This document shows, in pieces, positions 38,326-47,494 of a stretch of DNA of 64,000 nucleotides (its first letter is position 1; each line of letters opens with the position of its first letter). The DNA comes from an uncultured Candidatus Saccharibacteria bacterium (GTDB taxonomy: Bacteria > Patescibacteriota > Minisyncoccia > SW-4-49-11), in assembly GCA_964633865.1 (NCBI GenBank), contig CAZWIJ010000001.1:66352-130351 (forward strand), written 5' to 3'. The notes under the pieces are model-generated. The model ran no database searches and was not told where the DNA came from. It was given only the letters and a program-made list of their open reading frames with translations. The position numbers and the translations under genes were made by a program.

Positions 38326-39432
38326 TTAAATTGATTCTAATATATTTAAAGTTTCTTTGGCTGTCTTTTCCCAAGAAAATTCTTGCGATCTTTGATGACA
38401 ATACTCTTTAATTTTATCATATAAATCTTTATTTTTTAATACTGTTAAAATTTTTTCTTTAATATCTTCTGGATTTAATGGATCAAAAGTAAGATTGATG
38501 TCTCCAACAATCTCAAGTAAGGATGGTGTGTTTGATACTAAAGTAGGTAATCCACAAGCTCCAGCTTCTAATATTGGCAATCCAAAACCTTCGTATAAAG
38601 ATGGTAATACAAATAATTTTGCTCCCCATAAAAGTGGTACTAACTCTTTATCTTGAAATCTTCCTGTAAATATAATATCTTCATTCATAAGATCTTTTAC
38701 TTCTTCCATAACTTCATCTATTAGCCAAGCACTCGCACCAGCTATTACTAATTGAATTTCTTTATATTCTTTTTTTAACTCGATAAATCCTCTTATCAAA
38801 TTTTGAACATTCTTACGAGGTTGAACATTCCCCACATAAATAATATAAGGTTTAGTAATTTTATACTTGCCTAAAACTTCTTTTATTAATGGTTTATCTT
38901 GATCATTCATCAATCTAAATTTGTTTTTATCTACACCATGATAAACAACACTTATTTTTGATTCGGGAACATTATATTCTTTCAAGATATCATTTTTGGT
39001 AGCTTCAGTAATTGCGATTAAGTGATCTGCTTTATATATAGCTTCTTTAACATAAATTTTATGCAAAATCCTATCCTTTAATGGAAAGGTCTCTGGATAA
39101 TAAAGAAAAGCTAAATCATGAATTGTAACAACAGATTTTTGGTTTTTATCCTTTAGAAATGGTAACATTTGAATTGGCATAAATAAAAGATCAGGTTTAT
39201 CTTTTTTTAATATTTGGGGGAAAACTCTTTGAGTCCAAGCAAAGGGTTTTGTATTAATAATATGATAAAAATTAGGAGCTTCTATTTTTTTATTTGATTC
39301 TTTTGAATAATAAAAATTATATTCATTTTTATTATCAATTTTAGCTAAATTTTTAAAAAGATTTATTATATAAGTTTGATTACCATCTTCTCTTTCTTGA
39401 GAAAGATGCGATGCATGAACTGCTATTTTCAT
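38326..39432 (-). CDS. GT4 glycosyltransferase
   Basis: VVTIHDL, PRKN, PSLYEGFGLPILE, FSWEKTA. Confidence 0.93.
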   Translation of the reverse strand: MKIAVHASHLSQEREDGNQTYIINLFKNLAKIDNKNEYNFYYSKESNKKIEAPNFYHIINTKPFAWTQRVFPQILKKDKPDLLFMPIQMLPFLKDKNQKSVVTIHDLAFLYYPETFPLKDRILHKIYVKEAIYKADHLIAITEATKNDILKEYNVPESKISVVYHGVDKNKFRLMNDQDKPLIKEVLGKYKITKPYIIYVGNVQPRKNVQNLIRGFIELKKEYKEIQLVIAGASAWLIDEVMEEVKDLMNEDIIFTGRFQDKELVPLLWGAKLFVLPSLYEGFGLPILEAGACGLPTLVSNTPSLLEIVGDINLTFDPLNPEDIKEKILTVLKNKDLYDKIKEYCHQRSQEFSWEKTAKETLNILESI

Positions 39433-39504
39433 ATTAATTATAGTTTAAAATTATTCTTATAAATTATAACATACTGAGTTTATAAAAGATAGAATTTTAT
39501 TATT

Positions 39505-41070
39505 CTATCTAATAATTTTACCATTTGGATAATCTATAAATTTTCCTTCTTTTATACTAAATTTACCTGAAATAATCTGATATTCAATCCCTGATTGATA
39601 TTTTCTGACTTTATCAAAATCAATATTTTTTTGAAATAATGACATATTTATTAAATTAATATCAGCTATAAATCCCTCTTTTATTAAACCTCTATTTTGA
39701 ATACCATAATGCTTAGCTGGTATAGATGTTATTTTAGCAATTGCTTGTTCTAAAGATAAATCTTTACCTACATAATTATTTATATATTTAGGCATGCTAT
39801 AAAAACATCTTGGATGATCATACAAATTTTTCTCAAAAAAAGTGTCGTCATACCCTACTCCATCTGTACTGATTATAGAATTTTTATTTATAATAAATTT
39901 TTTGATATGAATATCATTTATAGAATTAATCATTACTTTAACTCCTCCTTCAGAAGCTATAATCAAATTCAAAATAGATTCCTCTATTGACACTTCTTGA
40001 TTTTTAGATATCTCCTGAATTGTTTTTTTAACAAAGTTTTTTCCTTCTCTAAATTGAGATATTACCATAGATGAGTAATCTACATTGTTCATCTTCATCT
40101 CGGCAATAACTTTTTTCCTAACTTCAATATTATGTAACTCTTTTAACATATCATATCTACCGTTTTTTGTGAGCCATTTTGGTAAATGTATATATAAAAC
40201 TCCATTATTATAATTATAGGGAAAAATATCAAATTTAATTGGTAATTTATCTTGGTCAATAGTATGTGACAACATATTATAAACTTCATCAAAATATTTC
40301 CAATTTTTTTTACCTAAAATTTTTAAATGACTAATCTCAGTATTAACTCCAGTTTGTCTAACTATATCTATAACCTCTTGAATTGCACCAATAATATGTT
40401 CAGATTCATCTCTTAAATGAAATGTTAGGATTTTTTTATGTTTCTTCAATATCTGAGCTAACAATAAAAGTTCAGTTTTATCAATTAAATGTGAATGAGT
40501 AAAAGACAATCCTACAGATACACCTAAAGCACCTTGATTCAAACCTCTTTCTATAAACTTTTGGATATAATCTAATTCAGTGTCCAATAAAGGTCTAATC
40601 TCATCCTTCAAAAGTCCTCTTCTAACAGTAGAATATCCAATTAAAGTTGAGTAATTTAAATATAACTTGTTTTTCTCCAATATCTCATAATATTCTTTAA
40701 CCGAATTCCAGTTGATATTAATTTTTGATAAATTTGTCCATTTTTGTATAGATTTTAAAGAATCTATACCACTTAGAGGAGCTAAAGATCCGCCACAATT
40801 ACCACCAATAATAGTTGTTATGCCTTGACTAGCAAGACTTTTTAATTTACTTTGGTTAAATATGGTCAGAGATGTATCTGAATGATTGTTGACATCTATA
40901 AAACCTGGAGTGAGTAATAAATTGTCGGCATCTATAGTTATTTTTGTTTTATAATCAGTATCTTTACTAATAAATTCTATGATTCCCTGATTTATAAGTA
41001 TATTAGATTTTGTAATTTTAGCTCCTGTCCCGTCTATAATTTTTGCATTTTTAATTAAGATATCATACAT
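39505..41070 (-). CDS. N-acyl-D-amino-acid deacylase-like amidohydrolase
   Basis: IIDGTG, PGFIDVNNHSD, GNCGGS, HLRDE, ISHLK, STDG, HPR, RGLIKEGFIAD. Confidence 0.85.
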   Translation of the reverse strand: MYDILIKNAKIIDGTGAKITKSNILINQGIIEFISKDTDYKTKITIDADNLLLTPGFIDVNNHSDTSLTIFNQSKLKSLASQGITTIIGGNCGGSLAPLSGIDSLKSIQKWTNLSKININWNSVKEYYEILEKNKLYLNYSTLIGYSTVRRGLLKDEIRPLLDTELDYIQKFIERGLNQGALGVSVGLSFTHSHLIDKTELLLLAQILKKHKKILTFHLRDESEHIIGAIQEVIDIVRQTGVNTEISHLKILGKKNWKYFDEVYNMLSHTIDQDKLPIKFDIFPYNYNNGVLYIHLPKWLTKNGRYDMLKELHNIEVRKKVIAEMKMNNVDYSSMVISQFREGKNFVKKTIQEISKNQEVSIEESILNLIIASEGGVKVMINSINDIHIKKFIINKNSIISTDGVGYDDTFFEKNLYDHPRCFYSMPKYINNYVGKDLSLEQAIAKITSIPAKHYGIQNRGLIKEGFIADINLINMSLFQKNIDFDKVRKYQSGIEYQIISGKFSIKEGKFIDYPNGKIIR

Positions 41071-41109
41071 ATTATATTTTTTATATTTATAAATTAAATA
41101 AATTTTATA

Positions 41110-42171
41110 TTATCCCATTCCTATTATACCTAGAATTAATCCCAATATACTCATAACCCAAGATACAATCCAAAATCTCATCACAATTTTAGGTTCATCC
41201 CAACCAATTGCTTGAAAATGATGGTGTATTGGAGCTGATATAAAAATTTTTCTTTTCAAAAATCTTTTTGATAAAAGCTGTAAAATAGATGATCCCCCTT
41301 CAACAAAGAATAAAAATCCTATAATGGGTAGTATAAATAAAGAATTTGTTACAACTGAAATAACAGATAATGTGGCACCCAAGGCAAAAGCTCCCGTACC
41401 TCCCATAAAAAACCTAGCAGGATGTATATTAAACCATAAAAATGCTGCCAAAGCACCAATCAAAGTACAAATAAACATAACTAAAGAGTATTTTCCTTGA
41501 ATAAAAGCTAAAACTGCAAGACTAGAAAAAGTAGGTATAATTGATCCAGCTAAAAGCCCATCTAAACCATCTGTAATATCAACTGAATTCATAACAAAAA
41601 TAACTACTAATATAAATATAGGTATATACCATAATCCTAATTCAAAATCAACTGGCAAACCAAACAATCCCCCCCCAGGGATATGAATTGAAGTCCAATT
41701 AAGTTTAAAGGTAAACCAATATGCACCAAATAGAGCAATTAACATTTGTAAAGAAATTTTAATCTTAACTCCTAAGCCTTTAATTTTTCCTATACCTTTT
41801 ATATTAAAAAAATCATCTAATGCTCCTAAAAATCCTCCTGATACTAAAAAAAATAACGGTAAAAATGTTTCTTCTCTACTCAAATTAAACAAAGTAAATA
41901 TAGCTGTTATCCCCCAAAAAAGTATACCTGCCATAGTAGGAGTTCCTTTTTTATAAGAATGCATTGACTGGAATATTGGTGATCCCGTACCGTCCCAAGA
42001 ATCATCTCGAATATTTTTACCTAATTTATTTTTATATAAAAAATTAGTTAATAAAGGTGTAATTATAATACCAAAGAAAAATGCTAATATCGTTATACTA
42101 AGTGTATTTATTAAAATTATAACATTAGGAACATTTTGAACTTGAGCTTGCTCTAAAATTTCTTTTAACAT
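41110..42171 (-). CDS. mraY: Phospho-N-acetylmuramoyl-pentapeptide transferase
   Basis: KKGTPTMAG, LDD, TDGLDGL, FNIHPARFFMG, APIHHHF. Confidence 0.96.
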   Translation of the reverse strand: MLKEILEQAQVQNVPNVIILINTLSITILAFFFGIIITPLLTNFLYKNKLGKNIRDDSWDGTGSPIFQSMHSYKKGTPTMAGILFWGITAIFTLFNLSREETFLPLFFLVSGGFLGALDDFFNIKGIGKIKGLGVKIKISLQMLIALFGAYWFTFKLNWTSIHIPGGGLFGLPVDFELGLWYIPIFILVVIFVMNSVDITDGLDGLLAGSIIPTFSSLAVLAFIQGKYSLVMFICTLIGALAAFLWFNIHPARFFMGGTGAFALGATLSVISVVTNSLFILPIIGFLFFVEGGSSILQLLSKRFLKRKIFISAPIHHHFQAIGWDEPKIVMRFWIVSWVMSILGLILGIIGMG

Positions 42172-42190
42172 GATTTTACTTATATTAATT

Positions 42191-42775
42191 TTATTTTTCT
42201 ATATCACTACTATTATTTATAAGAGTTCTATTTCTTAAATCTTCTAATATACTCAATACAAATTTATCAAACATATTCTTTCTATAATCAAATTCTTCTT
42301 TTGATAAAATAACATATTTTATCTCTTTTCCTAATTCTGATTCTATTGCTTCTAATAAAGATTCAAATCTTTTTTCATTTAAACTATCTATAACTAATAA
42401 CAAATCTACTTTATCATGATCTCTTTGTAAAAATGCTCCCATAACAACACATAAAGTTACTATCCCAAGACTATTGATTTTATTGGTTAAATCATCAAAA
42501 AATGTATCACTTAATTTAAATATAATAGTTTCTAAAATAGTTATTTCTTCTATAGGAATTAGTTTATACTCTAAAGATTTATCAGATTTATTTTCTTCCA
42601 AAATACCATTTTTCACAGCATTTTTAAGCTCTCTTCTTAATTCATTTGGTTGTATTTTAGTCTTATCAGAAATTATATTTATTGCAAAAGATTGATTTTT
42701 ATTATGTAAAAAAAACTTTAATAATTTTAATTTTTCATATCCCAACAAATATGTTAATGGACCTCTTATGATCAT
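42191..42775 (-). CDS. Winged-HTH plus degenerate nucleotidyltransferase-fold protein
   Basis: N-terminal HTH-like region (KLLKFF...RRELKN..KNGIL); G.F...VDLLLV..E.ELGKEI.Y. Confidence 0.55.
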   Translation of the reverse strand: MIIRGPLTYLLGYEKLKLLKFFLHNKNQSFAINIISDKTKIQPNELRRELKNAVKNGILEENKSDKSLEYKLIPIEEITILETIIFKLSDTFFDDLTNKINSLGIVTLCVVMGAFLQRDHDKVDLLLVIDSLNEKRFESLLEAIESELGKEIKYVILSKEEFDYRKNMFDKFVLSILEDLRNRTLINNSSDIEK

Positions 42776-42865
42776 CTCTATATCATTATTCTTATTAATA
42801 TTTATATATTATCAGAAAAATAAACTTTTTCATAGATTAAAATAAGAATCTTGTATTATTTAAAA

Positions 42866-42902
42866 ATAAAAGAGATTATCTAAATTATATAATCTCTTTT
42901 AT
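42866..42902 (-). terminator. Terminator after rplL
   Basis: ATAAAAGAGATTA ... TAATCTCTTTTAT inverted repeat. Confidence 0.7.
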
Positions 42903-42930
42903 AAAAGGTCTTTAGTATAAACTAAATAAA

Positions 42931-43329
42931 CTATTTTACAACAACAGTTGCTCCTGCTTCTTGTAACTTTGCTTTGATTTCATCAGCTTCTGCTTTAGCA
43001 ACTTTTTCTTTAACAGCTTTAGGTGCTCCATCAACAATTTCTTTTGCTTCTTTTAACCCTAGACCTGTAATTTCTTTAACAGCTTTGATAACCTGAATTT
43101 TAGAACTTCCTGCATCTTCAATAATAACATCAAATTCTGATTTCTCTTGAACTTCTCCTGCATCTGATGCTGCAGCTGGCATAGCTCCCATCATCATAGG
43201 TGCTGCTGCTGAAACTCCTAATTCTTCTTCTAAAATTTTTACTAACTCTGAAATTTCTAACACTGACAAACCTTTGATAGTTTCTACAATTGATTCAAAT
43301 TTTTTTGGGATCTTTACATCTTCTGACAT
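42931..43329 (-). CDS. rplL: 50S ribosomal protein L7/L12
   Basis: [35 protein letters not shown]. Confidence 0.98.
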   Translation of the reverse strand: MSEDVKIPKKFESIVETIKGLSVLEISELVKILEEELGVSAAAPMMMGAMPAAASDAGEVQEKSEFDVIIEDAGSSKIQVIKAVKEITGLGLKEAKEIVDGAPKAVKEKVAKAEADEIKAKLQEAGATVVVK

Positions 43330-43354
43330 AATTTTAATAAATTAAATTTAATAA

Positions 43355-43876
43355 TTATTTCGAGTCTCTATAAGCAGATAATACTGTTACAAGACTTCTT
43401 CCTGGCTCTGATATTGTTCTTAAAAAACTAGTTACAGGAGCAGCAATGGTTGCAACCAATTGTGACTGTAATTGTTCTTTTGATGGTAATTTTGATAATA
43501 AAATAACTTCATTTTCAGAAATAACTTTGTTATCTAATAGTCCTCCTATAACAAGAAAAGTTCCTTTCTTAGATTTCTTTTGAAAATCAACACTAACTTT
43601 AGATGCTTCCACAGGATCACTAGTAAAGATAACTCCTAAACTACCTGGTAAAATATCTAAATCAATCTCAACTCCTATAGAATTTAATGCTTTTCCAAAT
43701 AGAGTCTTTTTAACAACTTTATAGGAAGAACCATTTTCTCTTAAATTTGTTCTTAATGATTGTAGATCTTTAACCAAAGAACCTTGAAAATCAGTAAATA
43801 CCAGTCCGTTACAATCTGCAATTAAATTTTGCAATTCTTGTAACATTTCTCGTTTTTTTGCTTTTGTTAAAGCCAT
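43355..43876 (-). CDS. rplJ: 50S ribosomal protein L10
   Basis: MALTKAKK, LRTNLR, VVKKTL, LPSKEQL. Confidence 0.96.
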   Translation of the reverse strand: MALTKAKKREMLQELQNLIADCNGLVFTDFQGSLVKDLQSLRTNLRENGSSYKVVKKTLFGKALNSIGVEIDLDILPGSLGVIFTSDPVEASKVSVDFQKKSKKGTFLVIGGLLDNKVISENEVILLSKLPSKEQLQSQLVATIAAPVTSFLRTISEPGRSLVTVLSAYRDSK

Positions 43877-43899
43877 ATATATTTAGATTACTTAAATGG

Positions 43900-44000
43900 A
43901 TTAAAAAAGCCCGACCTATTGAGCCGAGTAACATTAAAAATAAATTTTTTAATGCCTATACAAGTCTTATTTTTATTGCTTGTAGTCTCTGGCTATATGC
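43900..44000 (-). promoter_or_regulatory. Probable L10 leader (ribosomal-protein autoregulatory RNA) with a terminator-like hairpin
   Basis: Minus strand GCC-AGAGAC-TACAAG...CTTGTA-TAGGC stem with an internal GA-rich loop, then CTCGGCT..GGTCGGG-CTTTTTT before rplJ. Confidence 0.55.
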
Positions 44001-44012
44001 TTTCTATAATAA

Positions 44013-44041
44013 ATATTATCTTAAATTTAATATCTTGTCAA
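44013..44041 (-). promoter_or_regulatory. Promoter of rplJL
   Basis: TTGACA(44041-44036)-N17-TAATAT(44018-44013). Confidence 0.6.
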
Positions 44042-44118
44042 GTGATCATTTACAATATAAGCAAAATAAAACACCTTATAATTTTATAAAGTGTTCTTAA
44101 TATTTAAATTATTTAAAT

Positions 44119-44745
44119 TTAGCCTTTACTTAAAGCAACTTTCATACCTATAAAAATTAACAATCCTCCTAAAAATTTATTAACTTTATCTTGAAATTTT
44201 TCAAAAATCAAGCGAATATTTTTTTGAGTTATCAGTAATGATAAAAATGAAAACCATATCATTGTGTTTAGTATCATAATTATACTCATTATACCCATAA
44301 TTGACATAGGAGTTTTTGGAGATATTATAACTGTAAATAAACTTAGAAAAAATAATGTAGCCTTTGGATTAAGTACATTAGTTAAAAATCCAATTTTTAA
44401 AGAGGATAATATTGAGATATCTTTACTTTTGAATTTATCAGTAACTTGAATTTTTGAAGACTTACATCTTATAGATTTAATCCCAATATAAATCAAGTAA
44501 CTTGCCCCAAGAAATTTTATTATATTAAAAATAATAATAGACTTAGAAACAATGAAAGCAATACCTGCCAAAGATATAGATATATGAATTAAACAACCTA
44601 TACCTAATCCAACCGATGTCCAAATACCAGATTTTCGTGAATAAGTTAGTGCATTTCTACATACTATAATAAAATCAGGTCCTGGAACAATAACTGCTAA
44701 CAAATGAGCCGTAGCAACTGTACCTATTAACGAGAGGTAGTTCAT
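44119..44745 (-). CDS. LysE/RhtB family exporter
   Basis: PGPDF, GASYLIYIG, GFLTNVLNPKA. Confidence 0.93.
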   Translation of the reverse strand: MNYLSLIGTVATAHLLAVIVPGPDFIIVCRNALTYSRKSGIWTSVGLGIGCLIHISISLAGIAFIVSKSIIIFNIIKFLGASYLIYIGIKSIRCKSSKIQVTDKFKSKDISILSSLKIGFLTNVLNPKATLFFLSLFTVIISPKTPMSIMGIMSIIMILNTMIWFSFLSLLITQKNIRLIFEKFQDKVNKFLGGLLIFIGMKVALSKG

Positions 44746-44963
44746 TTATTTTTAAGATATCTTTTAATTTATAAATGTGCAATTTATTTATAACATAGAT
44801 ATTAATTTCTGTCTATTCTTTCTTAATTTAATCTCATTATATATTTAATATTAATTCTATGATATAATAGATATTATTAATTTAAATAACAAAAAAGGTC
44901 TAAAGCTCTTTACAATATCCTTATTATTCTGTATATTATTGGTAAATTAACTTTATTAAATTT

Positions 44964-45608
44964 ATGTTTGATCCATTATTCAATTTCCTAATAGAAGGAG
45001 GAGTTCCTAAAGATACTATTATAGTATTACTAATGTTCCCTATTATAGCAAGTTTTATTGTTGCTGCAAGACAAATTGTTGGAATAAAAGCTTTTGGTAT
45101 ATATGCTCCTTTGATAATAACCTTTACTTTTCTTGAAGTAAATATAAAGTATGGATTTGCTATATTTATTATGGCTCTTTTAGTTGCATCTCTAACAAGG
45201 TTTGTTTTAAAAAAATTTAGTATCCTTTATCTACCTAAAATGGCTTTAATACTATCTATAACTGTCATGACTATGTTTTTTATATTGATTGAAGCTATCT
45301 TGAATAATAGAACTATTCTGGTTAATCTTCCAATTTATCAAATTTTGATTATAATCACATTAGTTGAAAAATTTATAAATGTACAAATAGAAAAAGGTTA
45401 TAGAACAGCTATTGTTTTATCGGTAGAAACTCTCATTTTATCTAGTTTAGGATATTATATTATAAGTAATGATTGGATCAGAGAACTTGTATTTAATAAT
45501 CCTTTAATAGTAATTCTATTCTTTATTATAATTATATTATTAGGTAAATATGATGGATTAAGAATTAATGAATATATAAGATTTAGAAAATTGATTTCTA
45601 ATAGATAA
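44964..45608 (+). CDS. 7TM domain protein (7TM_transglut family, without the transglutaminase domain)
   Basis: RQIVGIKAFGIYAP, LYLPK, LVEKF, LGKYDGLRINEYIRF. Confidence 0.85.
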   Translation: MFDPLFNFLIEGGVPKDTIIVLLMFPIIASFIVAARQIVGIKAFGIYAPLIITFTFLEVNIKYGFAIFIMALLVASLTRFVLKKFSILYLPKMALILSITVMTMFFILIEAILNNRTILVNLPIYQILIIITLVEKFINVQIEKGYRTAIVLSVETLILSSLGYYIISNDWIRELVFNNPLIVILFFIIIILLGKYDGLRINEYIRFRKLISNR

Positions 45609-45619
45609 TTTTTATTATT

Positions 45620-47056
45620 ATGAATATTATAAAGGATTTTATTTTTAGTCAAAAAATATTAGGAATGAATGCAAGAAATCTTTCTTATATTAAGCCTTAT
45701 AATAAAAAAAAATGGATTCGAATTGTAGATAATAAAATCACATTCAAAAAGGTATTAGAAAAAAATGATATTCCAACACCAAAATTAATTGGACTAATAC
45801 AAGATTATTCTCAGTTGAATGAATTTGATTTTACCAAATTACCAAAGAGCTTTGTCTTAAAACCAACTAATGGATTTGGAGGTGAAGGAATTCTTGTAAT
45901 ATTTGGTGAGGATAAAAAAGGGTCATCTAGTGGAGAAAGGATTTGGGTAAAAGGAAAAGGTGTAAAAATCACTGAGTCAGATTTGATTAATCATATAAAA
46001 AATATTTTAGATGGAACATATTCTAGAACAAATAGTCCTGATATAGCTTTTTTTGAAGAGAGAATAAAAATAACAAAACAATTTAAATCAATTGCTTATA
46101 AAGGTATTCCTGATATTAGAGTAATTGTCTTTAATAGAGTACCTGTAATGGCTATGTTAAGAATACCTACAAAAAAATCTGATGGGAAAGCAAATCTTCA
46201 TCAAGGAGGTATTGGAGTTGGAATTGATTTAGCTAATGGTATAACTACTAATGCCATAATGGATGGAAATCTAATTGAATATGTACCTGAAACAAAAATC
46301 ATTTTATCTGGAATAAAAATTCCTTATTGGGATAAAATCTTAGAGATTTCAGTTAGAACTGCAGATGCAACAAATATGGGATATACCGGAATTGACATAT
46401 CTCTTGATAGGGATGAAGGACCGGTTGTATTAGAAGCAAATGCTAGACCTGGTCTTGCTATACAATTTGCTAACCTAGCTCCACTAAAAGAAAGACTTGA
46501 AAAAATAGCTAATTTAAAAATAAAGACTGTAAAAAGAGCCATTCAAATATCTAAAAATCTATTTGGAGGAGAAATAGAAGAAGAAGTGGAAGAAATTACT
46601 GGAAAAACTTTAATTGGATTAAAAATTAAAACTAATATATTTGGATTAGATGAAAGATACTCTGAAGTTGACACAAAAGTTGATACTGGAGCAGATTCTT
46701 CTAGTGTTGATGCTACTTTAATAGAAGAATTAGGTTTTGGGTCTGTATTTGAAGAGTTTAGGCAATTAAATTTACCTAATGAAGTAAATGAGAAAAATAG
46801 ATTTGAAATTAATAAACTTACAGATAAAATTAATTTAGACCTTAAAAATAACAATTCAGGATATTTAAAAAAAGTAGCCATAGTCAAAGCTGGAAATGGA
46901 TTTAGCTTAAGACCTTATGTCCAATTAAAATTAAAAATTGAAAATGTTTATATTATATCAACTTGCTCTATCGTGGATAGAAGCCATTTAAAATTTAAAA
47001 TGCTTTTAGGTAAAAAAGATATGAAAAATTTTATTATTGATCCAACTAAAAGATAA
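45620..47056 (+). CDS. Sugar-transfer-associated ATP-grasp (alpha-L-glutamate ligase-like) fused to a C-terminal retropepsin-like protease
   Basis: ILGMNARN, VDNK, KPTNGFGGEG, GIPDIRV, AMLR, ANLHQGG, LEANARPGL; C-terminal KVDTGADSSS..RP..DRSH...LLG. Confidence 0.87.
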   Translation: MNIIKDFIFSQKILGMNARNLSYIKPYNKKKWIRIVDNKITFKKVLEKNDIPTPKLIGLIQDYSQLNEFDFTKLPKSFVLKPTNGFGGEGILVIFGEDKKGSSSGERIWVKGKGVKITESDLINHIKNILDGTYSRTNSPDIAFFEERIKITKQFKSIAYKGIPDIRVIVFNRVPVMAMLRIPTKKSDGKANLHQGGIGVGIDLANGITTNAIMDGNLIEYVPETKIILSGIKIPYWDKILEISVRTADATNMGYTGIDISLDRDEGPVVLEANARPGLAIQFANLAPLKERLEKIANLKIKTVKRAIQISKNLFGGEIEEEVEEITGKTLIGLKIKTNIFGLDERYSEVDTKVDTGADSSSVDATLIEELGFGSVFEEFRQLNLPNEVNEKNRFEINKLTDKINLDLKNNNSGYLKKVAIVKAGNGFSLRPYVQLKLKIENVYIISTCSIVDRSHLKFKMLLGKKDMKNFIIDPTKR

Positions 47057-47061
47057 TTTAT

Positions 47062-47478
47062 ATGAAAATTGAAATTTACACAGATGGAGGTTCTAGAGGT
47101 AATCCAGGAAAATCTGCCATTGGATATATAATTCATATATCTAATCAAGAACCTATACGACATGGTGAATATATAGGAATTACAACGAATAATGTCGCTG
47201 AATATACAGCTATTCTTAATTCTTTACAAAGAGTTAAACAGGAATTGAATGGGAAAAATTTAGATAAATTAGATATAGAACTAAAACTAGATTCTGAATT
47301 AGCTCAAAAACAACTATTAGGTATCTATAAAGTAAAACAAGATCATTTAAAGCTATTTGTTAAATCTATATTAGATATATCAACTGAATTTAAATCAATC
47401 CAGTTTATTCACATAAGAAGAGAATTAAATAAAGAAGCTGACAAAATGGTTAATATAGCATTAAATAATCAATTATAA
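47062..47478 (+). CDS. rnhA: Ribonuclease HI family protein
   Basis: YTDGGSRGNPG, TNNVAEY, DSEL, HIRRELNKEAD. Confidence 0.92.
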   Translation: MKIEIYTDGGSRGNPGKSAIGYIIHISNQEPIRHGEYIGITTNNVAEYTAILNSLQRVKQELNGKNLDKLDIELKLDSELAQKQLLGIYKVKQDHLKLFVKSILDISTEFKSIQFIHIRRELNKEADKMVNIALNNQL

Positions 47479-47494
47479 TATTAAATTTATCACT

